A stretch of 64,000 nucleotides of DNA from an uncultured delta proteobacterium (lineage in GTDB: Bacteria; Desulfobacterota; Desulfobacteria; Desulfobacterales; JAHEIW01), in contig CAVPNL010000005.1 of assembly GCA_963706575.1 (NCBI GenBank), positions 331,556 to 395,555 of the forward strand, in the 5' to 3' direction. A model generated the notes under the pieces. That model was not told where the DNA came from. It made no database searches and was given only the letters and a program-made list of their open reading frames with translations. The translations under genes were made by a program, and so were the position numbers. Below are positions 1 to 10,041 of the stretch, in pieces; positions within the stretch are counted from its first letter, which is position 1; every line of letters begins with the position of its first letter.

Positions 1-1
1 C

Positions 2-1452
2 CATCGCTATTCAGCGTTTTCCGACTGGCTTTTTTTGATTCTACTTTTCTTTACGACGCTAACCGGCATTATGATGCACGCCCTGCGCATTGCCGGGTGG
101 CCGATGGGAACATATGTCATGTATGTCATCCATCTGGCAGTGGCCGTACCGATGCTGATCATCGAGGTCCCTTTTGGAAAATGGTCCCATCTTTTCTACA
201 GGCCGCTGGCCATATTTTTGGCGAACGTCAGGGAGAAGGCCTCAAAAGACTCCGGGGTCGAGGTTGAGGATGTCATTGCCGAAGCCAGCGAAATTTTCAT
301 GAGCTGCCTACAATGCGGTACCTGCACGAGCGTATGCCCGTGGAATGCGGTTATGTCCTACAGCCCGCGCCGGATTCTGCGGCAGCTCACTTTGGAAACC
401 GGAACCGAACAGTCCATTGACCAAGCTGTCTGGAGCTGTGTGACGTGCAATGCGTGCGGTGTGAACTGTCCGCGCGGTATCGAGATCATCGATGTCATCA
501 AAGCGGTGCGGGGGCTCAATGTCAGCGGCGGAAAAATACCGGCGTCCTTGGTGGCGCCGCTTGATAGCCTGAAGGCCAGCGGTAACCCCTGGGGCGGTGA
601 TCGCACAAAGCGGCTGGAATGGGCCGGAGACCGGAACCTGCCGGTGTTTACACCTGAGCACGAGTACTGCCTGTTTGCCTGTTGTACAACCGCTTATGAC
701 CCCGGCAACCGCAAAGCCGGCCAGGCGATCTTCCAACTGCTGGAATATGCGGGCATTGCTTTTGGCACCCTCGGTGCTGAAGAAAGTTGCTGCGGCGATC
801 CGGCTTACAGGCTGGGGGCGAATGAAATTTTCTCGGAGCTTGCCCTTAAAAATACCGATTTTTTCCTGCAGGCCGGCGTACAGAAGATACTGACCACCTC
901 GCCCCACTGCCTGAACACATTTAAAAATAGCTATGACCGGCTTGAAAGATTCATGTTGCCAGTGAGCATTACACGGAGGTTCTCGACCGGCTGGTCATGC
1001 AGGGCTGCTTAAAACCGACCCTGGAAGTGCCCGCCACGGTCACCTATCACGACCCCTGCTATCTGGGGCGTCACCAAGGCATCTACGAAGCGCCCCGCCG
1101 GGTTTTGATGAAAATTCCCGGGCTTACACTGGTCGAGATGGCAAGCACGAAAGAAAACAGTTTGTGCTGCGGGGGCGGCGGCGGCGGAGCCTGGGGCGAT
1201 TATCCCCGCAATCAGCGCTTGGATGTGCTGCGTGTCAAAGAAGCGCTCAGCACCGGCGCTGAGGTGATTGCCACAGCCTGTCCCTATTGCCTCCGCATGC
1301 TGAACGATGCTGTCAGGGCACTGGGTGTCGGGGATCGAATTGTCGTCCGGGACCTGGCTGAGTTGCTATTGCAGTCGGTGATGATGAAAGATGAGGCCAA
1401 GATGACGGAACACGTTGATTTGGATGTTGATCGGGAGGTCTGCCATGTCTGA
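2..1452 (+). CDS. HdrF-like membrane Fe-S oxidoreductase (QmoC/NarI-like TM end + HdrC-like 2x[4Fe-4S] + two CCG domains); 5' partial, apparent frameshift near 945
   Basis: Frame is open from base 2. PFGKWSH TM motif, CLQCGTCTSVCP and CVTCNACGVNCP, CCG motifs (ESCCG; YHDPCYLGR...LCCGGGGG; TACPYC). ORFs 35..1012 and 997..1452 join through the alternate frame HVASEHYTEVLDRLVMQG. Confidence 0.75.
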
Positions 1453-4400
1453 ACGAATCGGTTTTTATATTTGCCACTGCGGCATCAATATCGCTTATCG
1501 GGTTCGGGTGCAGGAAGTCGCTGCGTACGTGGCGGCTTTGCCGAATGTGGTCATTTCGCGGGATTACCTGTTCATGTGCTCCGATCCCGGGCAGGAACTT
1601 ATTGAAAATGATATTCAAGACTACCAACTTACGCGTGTGGTTGTGGCCTCCTGTTCCCCGCGCATGCACGAAAAAACCTTTCGGGCGGCCTGCCAGCGGG
1701 CCGGTCTCAATCCCTATCGGGCGTTTCACATGGTGTGCGTGCGAGAGCATGTTTCGTGGGTCACCGAGGATGAAGACGAGGCCACCCAAAAGGCCAAGAC
1801 CCTGGCGGTCGCAGGTATCTTACGGGTTGCCTACCAATATGATCTAACACCGGCCACGTTTCCGGTATGCACCAACACCCTGATCGTGGGCGGGGGCATC
1901 GCCGGCATGCAGGCCGCTCTTGATATTGCCAAGGCCGGGTTTAAAGCTTACCTGGTGGAAAGACAGCCCACCGTCGGCGGACACATGCTCCAATACGACA
2001 AAACCTTTCCTACCCTTGACTGCGCGGCCTGCATCGGTACGCCCAAGATGGTCTCCGTGGCCCAGGAAGCAAAGATCGAGCTGCTCTCATACAGCGAGGT
2101 GGAGGATGTCAGCGGCTTTATCGGCAACTTCAAGGTAAAAGTCCGCCGCAAATCGCGCTACATAGAGGATAGCTGTACCGGGTGCGGCGAGTGCGAAAAG
2201 GTTTGCCCGATCGAGTTTCCCAATGAATGGGACGTGGGCACAAAGACCAGAAAGGCGATCTACCGGCCCTTCCCCCAGGCCGTACCCATCACCTACTGTA
2301 TCGACAAGTACGACCGTGCCCCGTGTGTTCAGACTTGCCCGGCCGGCACCAATGTACAGGGCTACGTATCGCTGGTTAAATCGGGCAGGTACCGGGAAGC
2401 GGTCAATCTCATCATGCAGAAATTACCTCTGCCGGGAACCCTCGGACGCATCTGCCCGGCCCCCTGTGAAAAAGAATGTCGCCGCGCCGAGGTGGACTCC
2501 GCCATAGCCATCCGTGATCTGAAACGGTTTGCAGCAGACCAGGTGGACCTTTCCGAGCTACCCCTGCCGGAGATCGAAGACCGGCCGGAGAAGATAGCGG
2601 TTATCGGTTCAGGGCCCGCCGGTCTGACTGTCGCATATTATATGCGATTAAAAGGTTACGCGGTCAGCATTTTCGAGGCGCTGGATCAAGCCGGCGGGAT
2701 GCTGCGGGTAGGGATTCCAGACTACCGTCTGCCGCCGGAGATACTGGACAATGAAATCAATTTTATTCTCAAACACGGGATAGAAATCAGAACCGGCGTT
2801 CGATTCGGATCGGACCTGTCCCTGGAAGGTCTCCGCCAAGACGGCTTTGCCGCCATATTTTTGGGAATTGGCGCCCATGACGCCATCCGGATGAACATTC
2901 CGGGAGAAGAGCAGGCCGCAGGCGTCATCGATGCCCTCGCTTTTTTAAGAGAGGTAAACCTGGGCAAAGGAGAGGTTCCCGGCAAGCAGGTCATTGTCAT
3001 CGGCGGCGGCAATGTGGCCATAGACGCCGCCCGGGTGGCAAAACGTCTGGGGGCCGAAAAGGTGACGGTGGTTTACCGCCGCTCCGAGCGGGAAATGCCG
3101 GCCTATCCTGAAGAATTACACGGCGCCAGGGAGGAAGGTATTGAATTTTCATACCTGACTGCTCCGGTAAGTATCCATCGTCAGGGCGGAAAGGTGACCG
3201 GGTTTGAATGCATTCGCACCGAACTCGGCCCGCCGGATGCCAGCGGGCGAAGGCGACCGCTGCCGGTTGAGGGATCTGAATTCGTCATGGCGTGTGATGC
3301 GGTCATACCGGCCATCGGTCAGAAAATTGATGTAACCTGGAGCGCAGGGGAGCCCGATCTCAAACTGACTTCGCGAAACACTTTTACGGTAAATACCACC
3401 ACTTTGCAAACCAGCCTTCCCGATGTATTTGCCGCCGGTGATGCCGTGACCGGCCCGGCGACGGTCATCGAAGCCGTGGCGGACGGGCACAAGGCGGTGG
3501 CGGCCATGCACCGCTTTATCAGCGGTGAGGATCTGGATCAGTACGCCGCCGAACGGGTTGCCGAAGAACCTCCGGGAACCAAATGGCAGGCAATTCCCGA
3601 AAAGATCAAAAATACTGCCCGGGTGGTATCCGAACATCTGGATCCCGCCCAACGGGCTAAAAATTTCGATGAGGTTGACCGCAATTTTTCCGAGGCGGCA
3701 GCCAGGCAAGAAGCCGCCCGCTGTGTGGATTGCGGAGGATGTTGCGAATGCAAGCTCTGCGTGGACGCCTGTGAAGCCAAAGCGATCAATCACGAAATGG
3801 CGGATAGGGTCGAAGAAATCGAGGTGGGCTCAATCATTGTCGCTACCGGCTTCGATCCCCTCGACCCGACCCCGATGCAGCAATACGGATACGGCAGGTA
3901 CGCCAATGTTTTCACCAATCTGGAGTTCGAGCGGCTTTCCAACGCCACCGGACCGACGGGCGGCAAGCTCCTTAAGCGGGATCCCAACGACCGCTTGAAA
4001 TTCAGCGCGGCGCCGAAAAGCGTGGCGATCCTTCATTGCATCGGCAGCCGCGATATCAACTACCACGAGTATTGCTCGCGCACCTGCTGTATGTATGCGC
4101 TCAAGTATGCCCATCTTCTCAAAGACAAGTGTGGACACGACACGCAAGTTTACAATTTCTACATCGACATGCGTTGCTTTGGCAAAGGGTATGAGGAGTT
4201 TTACAAGCGCGTCCAGAGCGAGGGTGTGCGCATGGTTCGCGGCAAGGCTGCGCGGGTGGAAGAAAACGACGGTATCCTGACGGTAACCGCCGAAGATACA
4301 CTTTCGGACCGAATTGTGAAAGTTCCGGTAGAGATGGTGATCCTGTGCACCGCCATGGAGGCCCGTTCGGACGCCAACACCGTGTCGCGTATCTTTGGGA

Positions 4401-4825
4401 TCAGCCTTGGAAGTGACGGTTTCTTTCAAGAGGAACACCCTAAACTTGAACCTGTGTCGACTCCTACCAGCGGTGTTTTTTTGGCCGGAGCCTGTCAGGG
4501 ACCCAAGGATATTCCTGATACGGTGGCGCAGGCCAAGGGAGCCGCGGCCGAGGCGCTGGCCCTTAGCGCCTCCGGAGAGGTCGCGGTGGCCCCGATGATT
4601 TCATTCATCGACCCGGACATATGTATCGGCTGCCAGGCATGTATCGGACTGTGCGCCTACACGGCTATCGAATTCAATGAGCTCAAAGGGGTTAGCGAGG
4701 TAAACGAAGCCGTGTGTAAGGGTTGCGGTAGTTGTTCCGCCCACTGCCCCAGCGGGGCTGCCAAGGTTCGGCACTTCACCGACAAGCAGGTTTTTGCGGA
4801 AATCGATGGTTTATTAGCCGGTTAG
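1445..4825 (+). CDS. hdrA: HdrL-type protein: HdrA with an inserted NAD(P)H-binding GltD-like flavoprotein module
   Basis: HdrA motifs IGFYICHCG, CSDPGQ, ASCSP, GGGIAG, DKTFPTLDC, HCIGSR..YCSRTCC and C-terminal ferredoxins. Insert has PCVQTCPAG, GSGPAG, GGGNVA, AAGD. GGAGG RBS precedes ATG 1445. Confidence 0.9.
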   Translation: MSERIGFYICHCGINIAYRVRVQEVAAYVAALPNVVISRDYLFMCSDPGQELIENDIQDYQLTRVVVASCSPRMHEKTFRAACQRAGLNPYRAFHMVCVREHVSWVTEDEDEATQKAKTLAVAGILRVAYQYDLTPATFPVCTNTLIVGGGIAGMQAALDIAKAGFKAYLVERQPTVGGHMLQYDKTFPTLDCAACIGTPKMVSVAQEAKIELLSYSEVEDVSGFIGNFKVKVRRKSRYIEDSCTGCGECEKVCPIEFPNEWDVGTKTRKAIYRPFPQAVPITYCIDKYDRAPCVQTCPAGTNVQGYVSLVKSGRYREAVNLIMQKLPLPGTLGRICPAPCEKECRRAEVDSAIAIRDLKRFAADQVDLSELPLPEIEDRPEKIAVIGSGPAGLTVAYYMRLKGYAVSIFEALDQAGGMLRVGIPDYRLPPEILDNEINFILKHGIEIRTGVRFGSDLSLEGLRQDGFAAIFLGIGAHDAIRMNIPGEEQAAGVIDALAFLREVNLGKGEVPGKQVIVIGGGNVAIDAARVAKRLGAEKVTVVYRRSEREMPAYPEELHGAREEGIEFSYLTAPVSIHRQGGKVTGFECIRTELGPPDASGRRRPLPVEGSEFVMACDAVIPAIGQKIDVTWSAGEPDLKLTSRNTFTVNTTTLQTSLPDVFAAGDAVTGPATVIEAVADGHKAVAAMHRFISGEDLDQYAAERVAEEPPGTKWQAIPEKIKNTARVVSEHLDPAQRAKNFDEVDRNFSEAAARQEAARCVDCGGCCECKLCVDACEAKAINHEMADRVEEIEVGSIIVATGFDPLDPTPMQQYGYGRYANVFTNLEFERLSNATGPTGGKLLKRDPNDRLKFSAAPKSVAILHCIGSRDINYHEYCSRTCCMYALKYAHLLKDKCGHDTQVYNFYIDMRCFGKGYEEFYKRVQSEGVRMVRGKAARVEENDGILTVTAEDTLSDRIVKVPVEMVILCTAMEARSDANTVSRIFGISLGSDGFFQEEHPKLEPVSTPTSGVFLAGACQGPKDIPDTVAQAKGAAAEALALSASGEVAVAPMISFIDPDICIGCQACIGLCAYTAIEFNELKGVSEVNEAVCKGCGSCSAHCPSGAAKVRHFTDKQVFAEIDGLLAG

Positions 4826-4839
4826 AAAGGAGTTATCAG

Positions 4840-5262
4840 ATGAGCGAATTTGAACCGACAATTGTAGCCTTTTTTTGCAACTGGTGCACCTATACGGCGG
4901 CGGATTTAGCGGGTACGTCGCGCCTGTCATATCCTCCCAATGTAAAAAGCATTCGGGTGATGTGCACCGGTATGGTGGATCCCCAATATGTGATCAAAGC
5001 CTTTCTGGAGGGGGCTGACGGGGTGTTGATCAGCGGGTGCCATCCGGGTGATTGCCATTATATCAACGGGAATTATAAAGCCCGCCGGCGGATAAAGCTG
5101 CTCAAGGAGATTCTGCCGAAATTCGGTTTTGATCAACAACGGTTGCGCTTAACCTGGATCGGTGCCAGTGACGGCATCCAGCTTGCCGAGGTCATGCGTG
5201 ATTTGGTTGCTCAAATCAAGGCTTTGGGACCCAGCCAGGCCAAGTTGAAGATGGTGATTTGA
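4840..5262 (+). CDS. mvhD: MvhD/FlxD-family [2Fe-2S] subunit
   Basis: FFCNWCTYTAADLAG, IRVMCTG, GCHPGDCHY. RBS AAGGAG before ATG 4840. Confidence 0.9.
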   Translation: MSEFEPTIVAFFCNWCTYTAADLAGTSRLSYPPNVKSIRVMCTGMVDPQYVIKAFLEGADGVLISGCHPGDCHYINGNYKARRRIKLLKEILPKFGFDQQRLRLTWIGASDGIQLAEVMRDLVAQIKALGPSQAKLKMVI

Positions 5263-5273
5263 GCCACGGGTTT

Positions 5274-5418
5274 TTCGATTGTGGATTGCAGATTTTGGAT
5301 TTCGGATTGAAAAGACCTTGGGCAGCCGGAAACATAGGTATCTATAATTGAGCTGCCCGTAAACCGTAACCAGGGACAAGAGGCAAGCTGCCAGTGACCA
5401 GAGGCCAGTGACAGGTAA
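5274..5418. repeat. Two degenerate heptamer tandem arrays
   Basis: Five NNNGATT units at 5274-5308 (ttcgatt gtggatt gcagatt ttggatt tcggatt). About eight cc/caag-type units at 5357-5418 (ccaggga caagagg caagctg ccagtga ccagagg ccagtga). Confidence 0.6.
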
Positions 5419-5429
5419 AGGAGATAACA

Positions 5430-6572
5430 ATGGCGATTACGGCTAAAATTGATGTGAAAGATAAAGACATTTTAGGATCTCTGCAGGGTTTTTTTAAGAA
5501 TATTCTTGAAACTGATGAAATCCAATCACTGCTGGTGCCCCAGCATTTGCCGATGAAAAACATGGTTATGCCGACCCTGGTGACCGATCCGAATCATCTG
5601 AATGGGGTTGATCCGCTATCGCCGGCCTTTCCGATGAACGCCGCCAAGATTGTTTCACGGCTGACCCGCAAGCCGATGGGCGCGAAGGTCGCGGCGGTAT
5701 TGCGACCGTGCGAGATTCGGGCCTTTGTTGAGCTCGTGAAACTTAAGCAAGGGCGCACCGAGGAAGTTATTCTGATTGGAGTGGATTGCCTGGGAGCCTT
5801 CCAAAACAAAGATTATTTTCAGCTGGTGGGACAGAACGCAGCCGAGTCGACGGTCGTGTTCCATGAAAACGTGTTGCGCGGCAAAAGCACCGAGATTGAC
5901 GGTTTGGACCTGGCGCCCGCCTGCAAGGCCTGTGAATATCCGGTGGCAGACAATGCCGATATTCTCATCGGCCTATACGGTATGGATATCGACCAATTTC
6001 TGCTGGTCCAGTCGCAAACTGAGGCTGGAGATCAGATCCTAAAGCAGATGAATCTTTCGACTACAGAGGCGCCCCGCGCCCGCCAGGATGCCATCAATGC
6101 CCTAATTACCCAACGCACCAAGTACCGGGATGACATGTTTGCCAGGACGCGTGAGGCGACCGACAGTCTGGAAAAAATGTCGAGCTACTTTGCCACCTGC
6201 GTCAACTGCTATAACTGCCGGGTGGCCTGTCCGGTTTGTTACTGTAAGGAGTGCGTTTTTGTCACCGATGTATTTAACCATGATCCGTCTCAGTATTTGC
6301 AGTGGGCCAATCGCAAAGGGATTATTAAGATGCCGACCGATACACTTTTCTACCACTTAACCCGATTGGCACATATGAGCACGGCCTGTGTGGGCTGCGG
6401 CCAGTGTTCCAATGCCTGCCCGAATGATATTGCGGTCATGGAGCTGTTTCGAACTATCGCCCACGACACTCAGAAAGCTTTTGACTATGAGGCAGGCAAA
6501 AGTATTGAGCAAGAACCACCACTTTCGGTATTTCGTGAGGACGAATTTGCCGAGGTTGTGGGCATAAATTAA
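5430..6572 (+). CDS. FdhB/FrhB-family beta-subunit-like 4Fe-4S protein
   Basis: LRPCEIRA, GVDCLG, ACKACEYP, CVNCYNCRVACPVCYCKEC, CVGCGQCSNACP. RBS AAGGAG. Confidence 0.8.
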   Translation: MAITAKIDVKDKDILGSLQGFFKNILETDEIQSLLVPQHLPMKNMVMPTLVTDPNHLNGVDPLSPAFPMNAAKIVSRLTRKPMGAKVAAVLRPCEIRAFVELVKLKQGRTEEVILIGVDCLGAFQNKDYFQLVGQNAAESTVVFHENVLRGKSTEIDGLDLAPACKACEYPVADNADILIGLYGMDIDQFLLVQSQTEAGDQILKQMNLSTTEAPRARQDAINALITQRTKYRDDMFARTREATDSLEKMSSYFATCVNCYNCRVACPVCYCKECVFVTDVFNHDPSQYLQWANRKGIIKMPTDTLFYHLTRLAHMSTACVGCGQCSNACPNDIAVMELFRTIAHDTQKAFDYEAGKSIEQEPPLSVFREDEFAEVVGIN

Positions 6573-6615
6573 GGGGTCATTGCGCGAAACGAACCAACGA
6601 AAAGGTGAGGGTTAT

Positions 6616-9600
6616 ATGACCAAAAAAATTGGTAAAGCCCTGGTTGTCGGAGCCGGCATCAGCGGTATCCGCTCGGCATTGGACCTGGCTGAATATGGTT
6701 ACGGCGTTACCCTGATAGACCGGTCCTGCCATATCGGCGGCATTTTGAGTCAACTCGACTATCAGTTTCCCACAGACAGGTGCGGTATGTGCAAAATGCT
6801 TCCTTTAGTCGATCGAGATGCAAGCTCGCAATATTGCCTTCGCAAGGGGCTTTTTCATGAAAATATCGACATTCTGCTTGGCACCGAGCTGGTTTCAATC
6901 GACGGTGAGCCCGGCCGTTTCCAGGTCCAGCTGAAGGAGCATCCCAATTGGGTCAATTCCGATCTGTGCACCGGTTGTGGAGAGTGTACCCAGGTTTGCC
7001 CCGTGGAGGTCCCCGACGAATTCAATGCCGGGCTGGCAAAGCGCAAAGCAATATACCTTCCGGTCCCCCATGCCATTCCCAACACCTATATTATTGATGT
7101 TACTTCCTGTAACGACTGCAGGGCCTGTATCGAGGCTTGCCCAACAGATGCCATTCACCTGCCCGAGCAGAAACGCGAGGGATTTCGCATTCTTGTGGTC
7201 GATGATGAACTCATCGTGCGCGATTCCCTCAAGGAATGGTTGCAAGAGGAAGGCTTTGCGGTGGACATGGCCGCCTCCGGTTCGGAAGCTTTAGATCAAC
7301 TGACAAAACAGGAATATCAATTAATGCTGCTGGATATCAAGATGCCGGGCATGGACGGTGTCGAGGTCCTGCAAAAGGCCAGAGAAAGCTTCGCGGATAT
7401 CAATGTGATTATGATGACCGCTTATGCAACCGTTGAAACCGCTGTTGAAGCCATGAAAATAGGGGCTCTGGATTATCTGATAAAACCATTTGATCCCGAA
7501 ACCCTGATCCCCATGGTCCTGAGAATATACCAGGATATGACGGCGGCTGAAGGCCGACAGTTAGAAGTTGGGGCCATCGTACTTAGCGGTGGCACGGCCT
7601 TTTTCGACCCGGCCGGCGGGAAAAACACGTTTGGCTACGGGATGTATCCGAACGTTGTCACCAGCCTTGAGTTTGAACGCATATTAAGTGGTACCGGCCC
7701 CTTTGAGGGACGGCCGCTGCGGCCGCTGGACGGAAAACCGGTTCATAAAGTCGCCTGGATTCAATGCGTAGGCTCGCGCGATTTGCAAACGGATGCAGAC
7801 TTTTGTTCAAATATCTGTTGCATGGTGGCCATTAAAGAAGCTGTCCTGGCCAAAGAAAAAATCGACGCGGATTTGGAAACAACCCTTTTTTATATGGATA
7901 TGCGTACGTTTGGCAAAAGCTTTCAACGCTACCGGGAGCAGGCTGAAAGCCTTCATGGTGTGCGATTCGAAAGGGGTCGGGTCCACTCTGTCATACAGGA
8001 TGAAGAAAGCGGAGATATGATTATCCGCAGTGTGGCCATTTCCGGAAAATCCACTGAATCACATTTTGACATGGTGGTGCTCACCGTCGGCCAGCGTCCG
8101 GCCGGTGGCACCTCTGAATTGGGCGAAATGCTGGGGCTGGAGCTGAATCCATGGGGCTTTGGAAACACTATCCCTTTTTCCCTGACGCGAACCAACCGCA
8201 GCGGGATTTTGCTGGGCGGTTCATTCGCGGGTCTCAAAGACATCGGTGACTCGGTGACCCAGGCCTCGGCGGCTGCCTTATCGGCATCCCAGGTGATTCA
8301 TTCCAGTGGGGGTAGCCTATCGTTGGAGTCGCCGCCAGCCCTGCCCATAGCTGCTCTGGCGCGTGAAATCCCCAGAATTATGGCGGTCGTCTGTACCTGC
8401 GGGGGCAAACTTTCAGGATTTAATGACCCGGCAGAAATTGTTCAACACCTTAAAACCAACCCTGTGGTGAAACAGGTTGAATTTCTGGAACACATCTGCA
8501 CGGCCGACGGCTGGGCACAGCTGGCGGAAATGGTGGAAACGAACAAACCGAACCGGCTTTTGATTGGCACTTGCATGCCCTATGTCTATCAACGCAAACT
8601 CCAGGAGTTCGGCCGGCAGGTGGGTATAGATCCTGCCCTGATGGAAGTGGTTGATGTAAATACGGAATTAAAGGACAAACGGCTACTTTTGCGCAATATG
8701 CTTTCTGCTTTAGAGATGGGGATTTCCAAGCTCAAATGGGTGGACCCATCTTCAACCGTTACAATTCCAGTCGCTCAACGTGCTTTGGTCATCGGTGGCG
8801 GTATTGCCGGCATGACGGCTGCTCTGGCAATTGCCGATCATGGATTTCAGGTGGATCTTGTGGAACAGGCAGAACAGTTGGGAGGAAATCTGAACTGGCT
8901 GCAGCGCACCCTGGAGGGGTATTCGATAGAGACATTGCTGGGGGACACCCGTCTCCTGGTTGAAAGGCATCCCAAGATTGGCGTTCATATCCAGTCCCAG
9001 GTTATTAGTTCTGTTGGCCAGGTAGGGAGTTTTTTGACTACCTTGGAAGGCCCGCAAAATTCGGTCCAAGCCTTGGAGCATGGTGTGACTATTTTAGCCA
9101 CCGGCGGGGCGGAAGCCGTAACCGTTTCTTATGGATATGGTACAAATCCGTCGATTATCACCCAGAAAGAATTAGAGCAAAAGCTATCTGCCGGCAAGAT
9201 CGAACCCGAGCAGCTCGATTCGGTAGTGATGATTCAATGTGTGGACTCGCGCGAGGAACCGCGCAATTATTGCAGTCGGGTGTGTTGTGCCAATTCGCTC
9301 AAGCAAGCCCTGGATCTCAAGGAAAAAAACCCTGAACTTTCAGTATACATTCTTTATCGGGACATGATGGCCTACGGATTTGCCGAGGCTTATTACACCC
9401 GGGCCCGCAAAGCCGGTGTGATCTTCATCCAGTATCAGATTGATGAAAAACCCCGGGTCCAATGCGACCCGGCAAGCCTGGAGGTGGCCGTTTTTGAGCC
9501 CATCCTCGGTCGGCCGCTTCAAATTCAGACGGATCTTGTGGTTTTAGCCACCGGCGTTGTTCCAAATCTTCCTCAGGGCTTGGTGGAAATTTTTGGCGTA

Positions 9601-10020
9601 ACACTTGATCAGGACGGCTTTTTCCAGGAGGCCGAATCCAAGTGGCGCCCGGTTGACGCCCTGAAAGAGGGCGTTTTTGCCTGCGGTCTGGCCCACTCCC
9701 CTCGAAACATACCGGAAGCAATTACCACTGCCGAGGCCGCCGCCGCAAGAGCCTTGAGAATACTTGCCCGTGAGCGCTTGCGGTCGGGAAAAGTAGTGGC
9801 CACTGTCCGTCACAGTCTGTGCAGTCTGTGTGAACAATGCATTGATGCATGTCCATACGGTGCTCGCGTGCTGGATCTTGATCATGAAAAGGTACTGGTA
9901 AATCCGGCAATGTGCCAGGGGTGTGGGTCCTGTGCGGCAGTCTGCCCCAACAGCGCATCCGTTTTGGAGGGTTTTCAGGAACAGCAAATGTTTGAGGTAA
10001 TTGATGCCGCCATTGGATGA
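6616..10020 (+). CDS. hdrA: Tandem HdrA-like flavoprotein (two FAD modules) with an internal response-regulator receiver domain
   Basis: GAGISG, FPTDRC, two CxxCxxCxxxCP, then REC (ILVVDDE...LLDIKMPGMDG...MMTAY...IKPF, ~7186-7530), then QCVGSR..CSNICC. Second GGGIAG/QCVDSR..YCSRVCC module and C-terminal ferredoxins follow. Confidence 0.9.
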   Translation: MTKKIGKALVVGAGISGIRSALDLAEYGYGVTLIDRSCHIGGILSQLDYQFPTDRCGMCKMLPLVDRDASSQYCLRKGLFHENIDILLGTELVSIDGEPGRFQVQLKEHPNWVNSDLCTGCGECTQVCPVEVPDEFNAGLAKRKAIYLPVPHAIPNTYIIDVTSCNDCRACIEACPTDAIHLPEQKREGFRILVVDDELIVRDSLKEWLQEEGFAVDMAASGSEALDQLTKQEYQLMLLDIKMPGMDGVEVLQKARESFADINVIMMTAYATVETAVEAMKIGALDYLIKPFDPETLIPMVLRIYQDMTAAEGRQLEVGAIVLSGGTAFFDPAGGKNTFGYGMYPNVVTSLEFERILSGTGPFEGRPLRPLDGKPVHKVAWIQCVGSRDLQTDADFCSNICCMVAIKEAVLAKEKIDADLETTLFYMDMRTFGKSFQRYREQAESLHGVRFERGRVHSVIQDEESGDMIIRSVAISGKSTESHFDMVVLTVGQRPAGGTSELGEMLGLELNPWGFGNTIPFSLTRTNRSGILLGGSFAGLKDIGDSVTQASAAALSASQVIHSSGGSLSLESPPALPIAALAREIPRIMAVVCTCGGKLSGFNDPAEIVQHLKTNPVVKQVEFLEHICTADGWAQLAEMVETNKPNRLLIGTCMPYVYQRKLQEFGRQVGIDPALMEVVDVNTELKDKRLLLRNMLSALEMGISKLKWVDPSSTVTIPVAQRALVIGGGIAGMTAALAIADHGFQVDLVEQAEQLGGNLNWLQRTLEGYSIETLLGDTRLLVERHPKIGVHIQSQVISSVGQVGSFLTTLEGPQNSVQALEHGVTILATGGAEAVTVSYGYGTNPSIITQKELEQKLSAGKIEPEQLDSVVMIQCVDSREEPRNYCSRVCCANSLKQALDLKEKNPELSVYILYRDMMAYGFAEAYYTRARKAGVIFIQYQIDEKPRVQCDPASLEVAVFEPILGRPLQIQTDLVVLATGVVPNLPQGLVEIFGVTLDQDGFFQEAESKWRPVDALKEGVFACGLAHSPRNIPEAITTAEAAAARALRILARERLRSGKVVATVRHSLCSLCEQCIDACPYGARVLDLDHEKVLVNPAMCQGCGSCAAVCPNSASVLEGFQEQQMFEVIDAAIG

Positions 10021-10041
10021 ACGGCTTAAAAAAAATTAAAA

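Noticed and set aside
5318..5348. Possible internal sigma-70 promoter (TTGGGC...TATAAT)
   Set aside because: 19-nt spacer and a poor -35 box.
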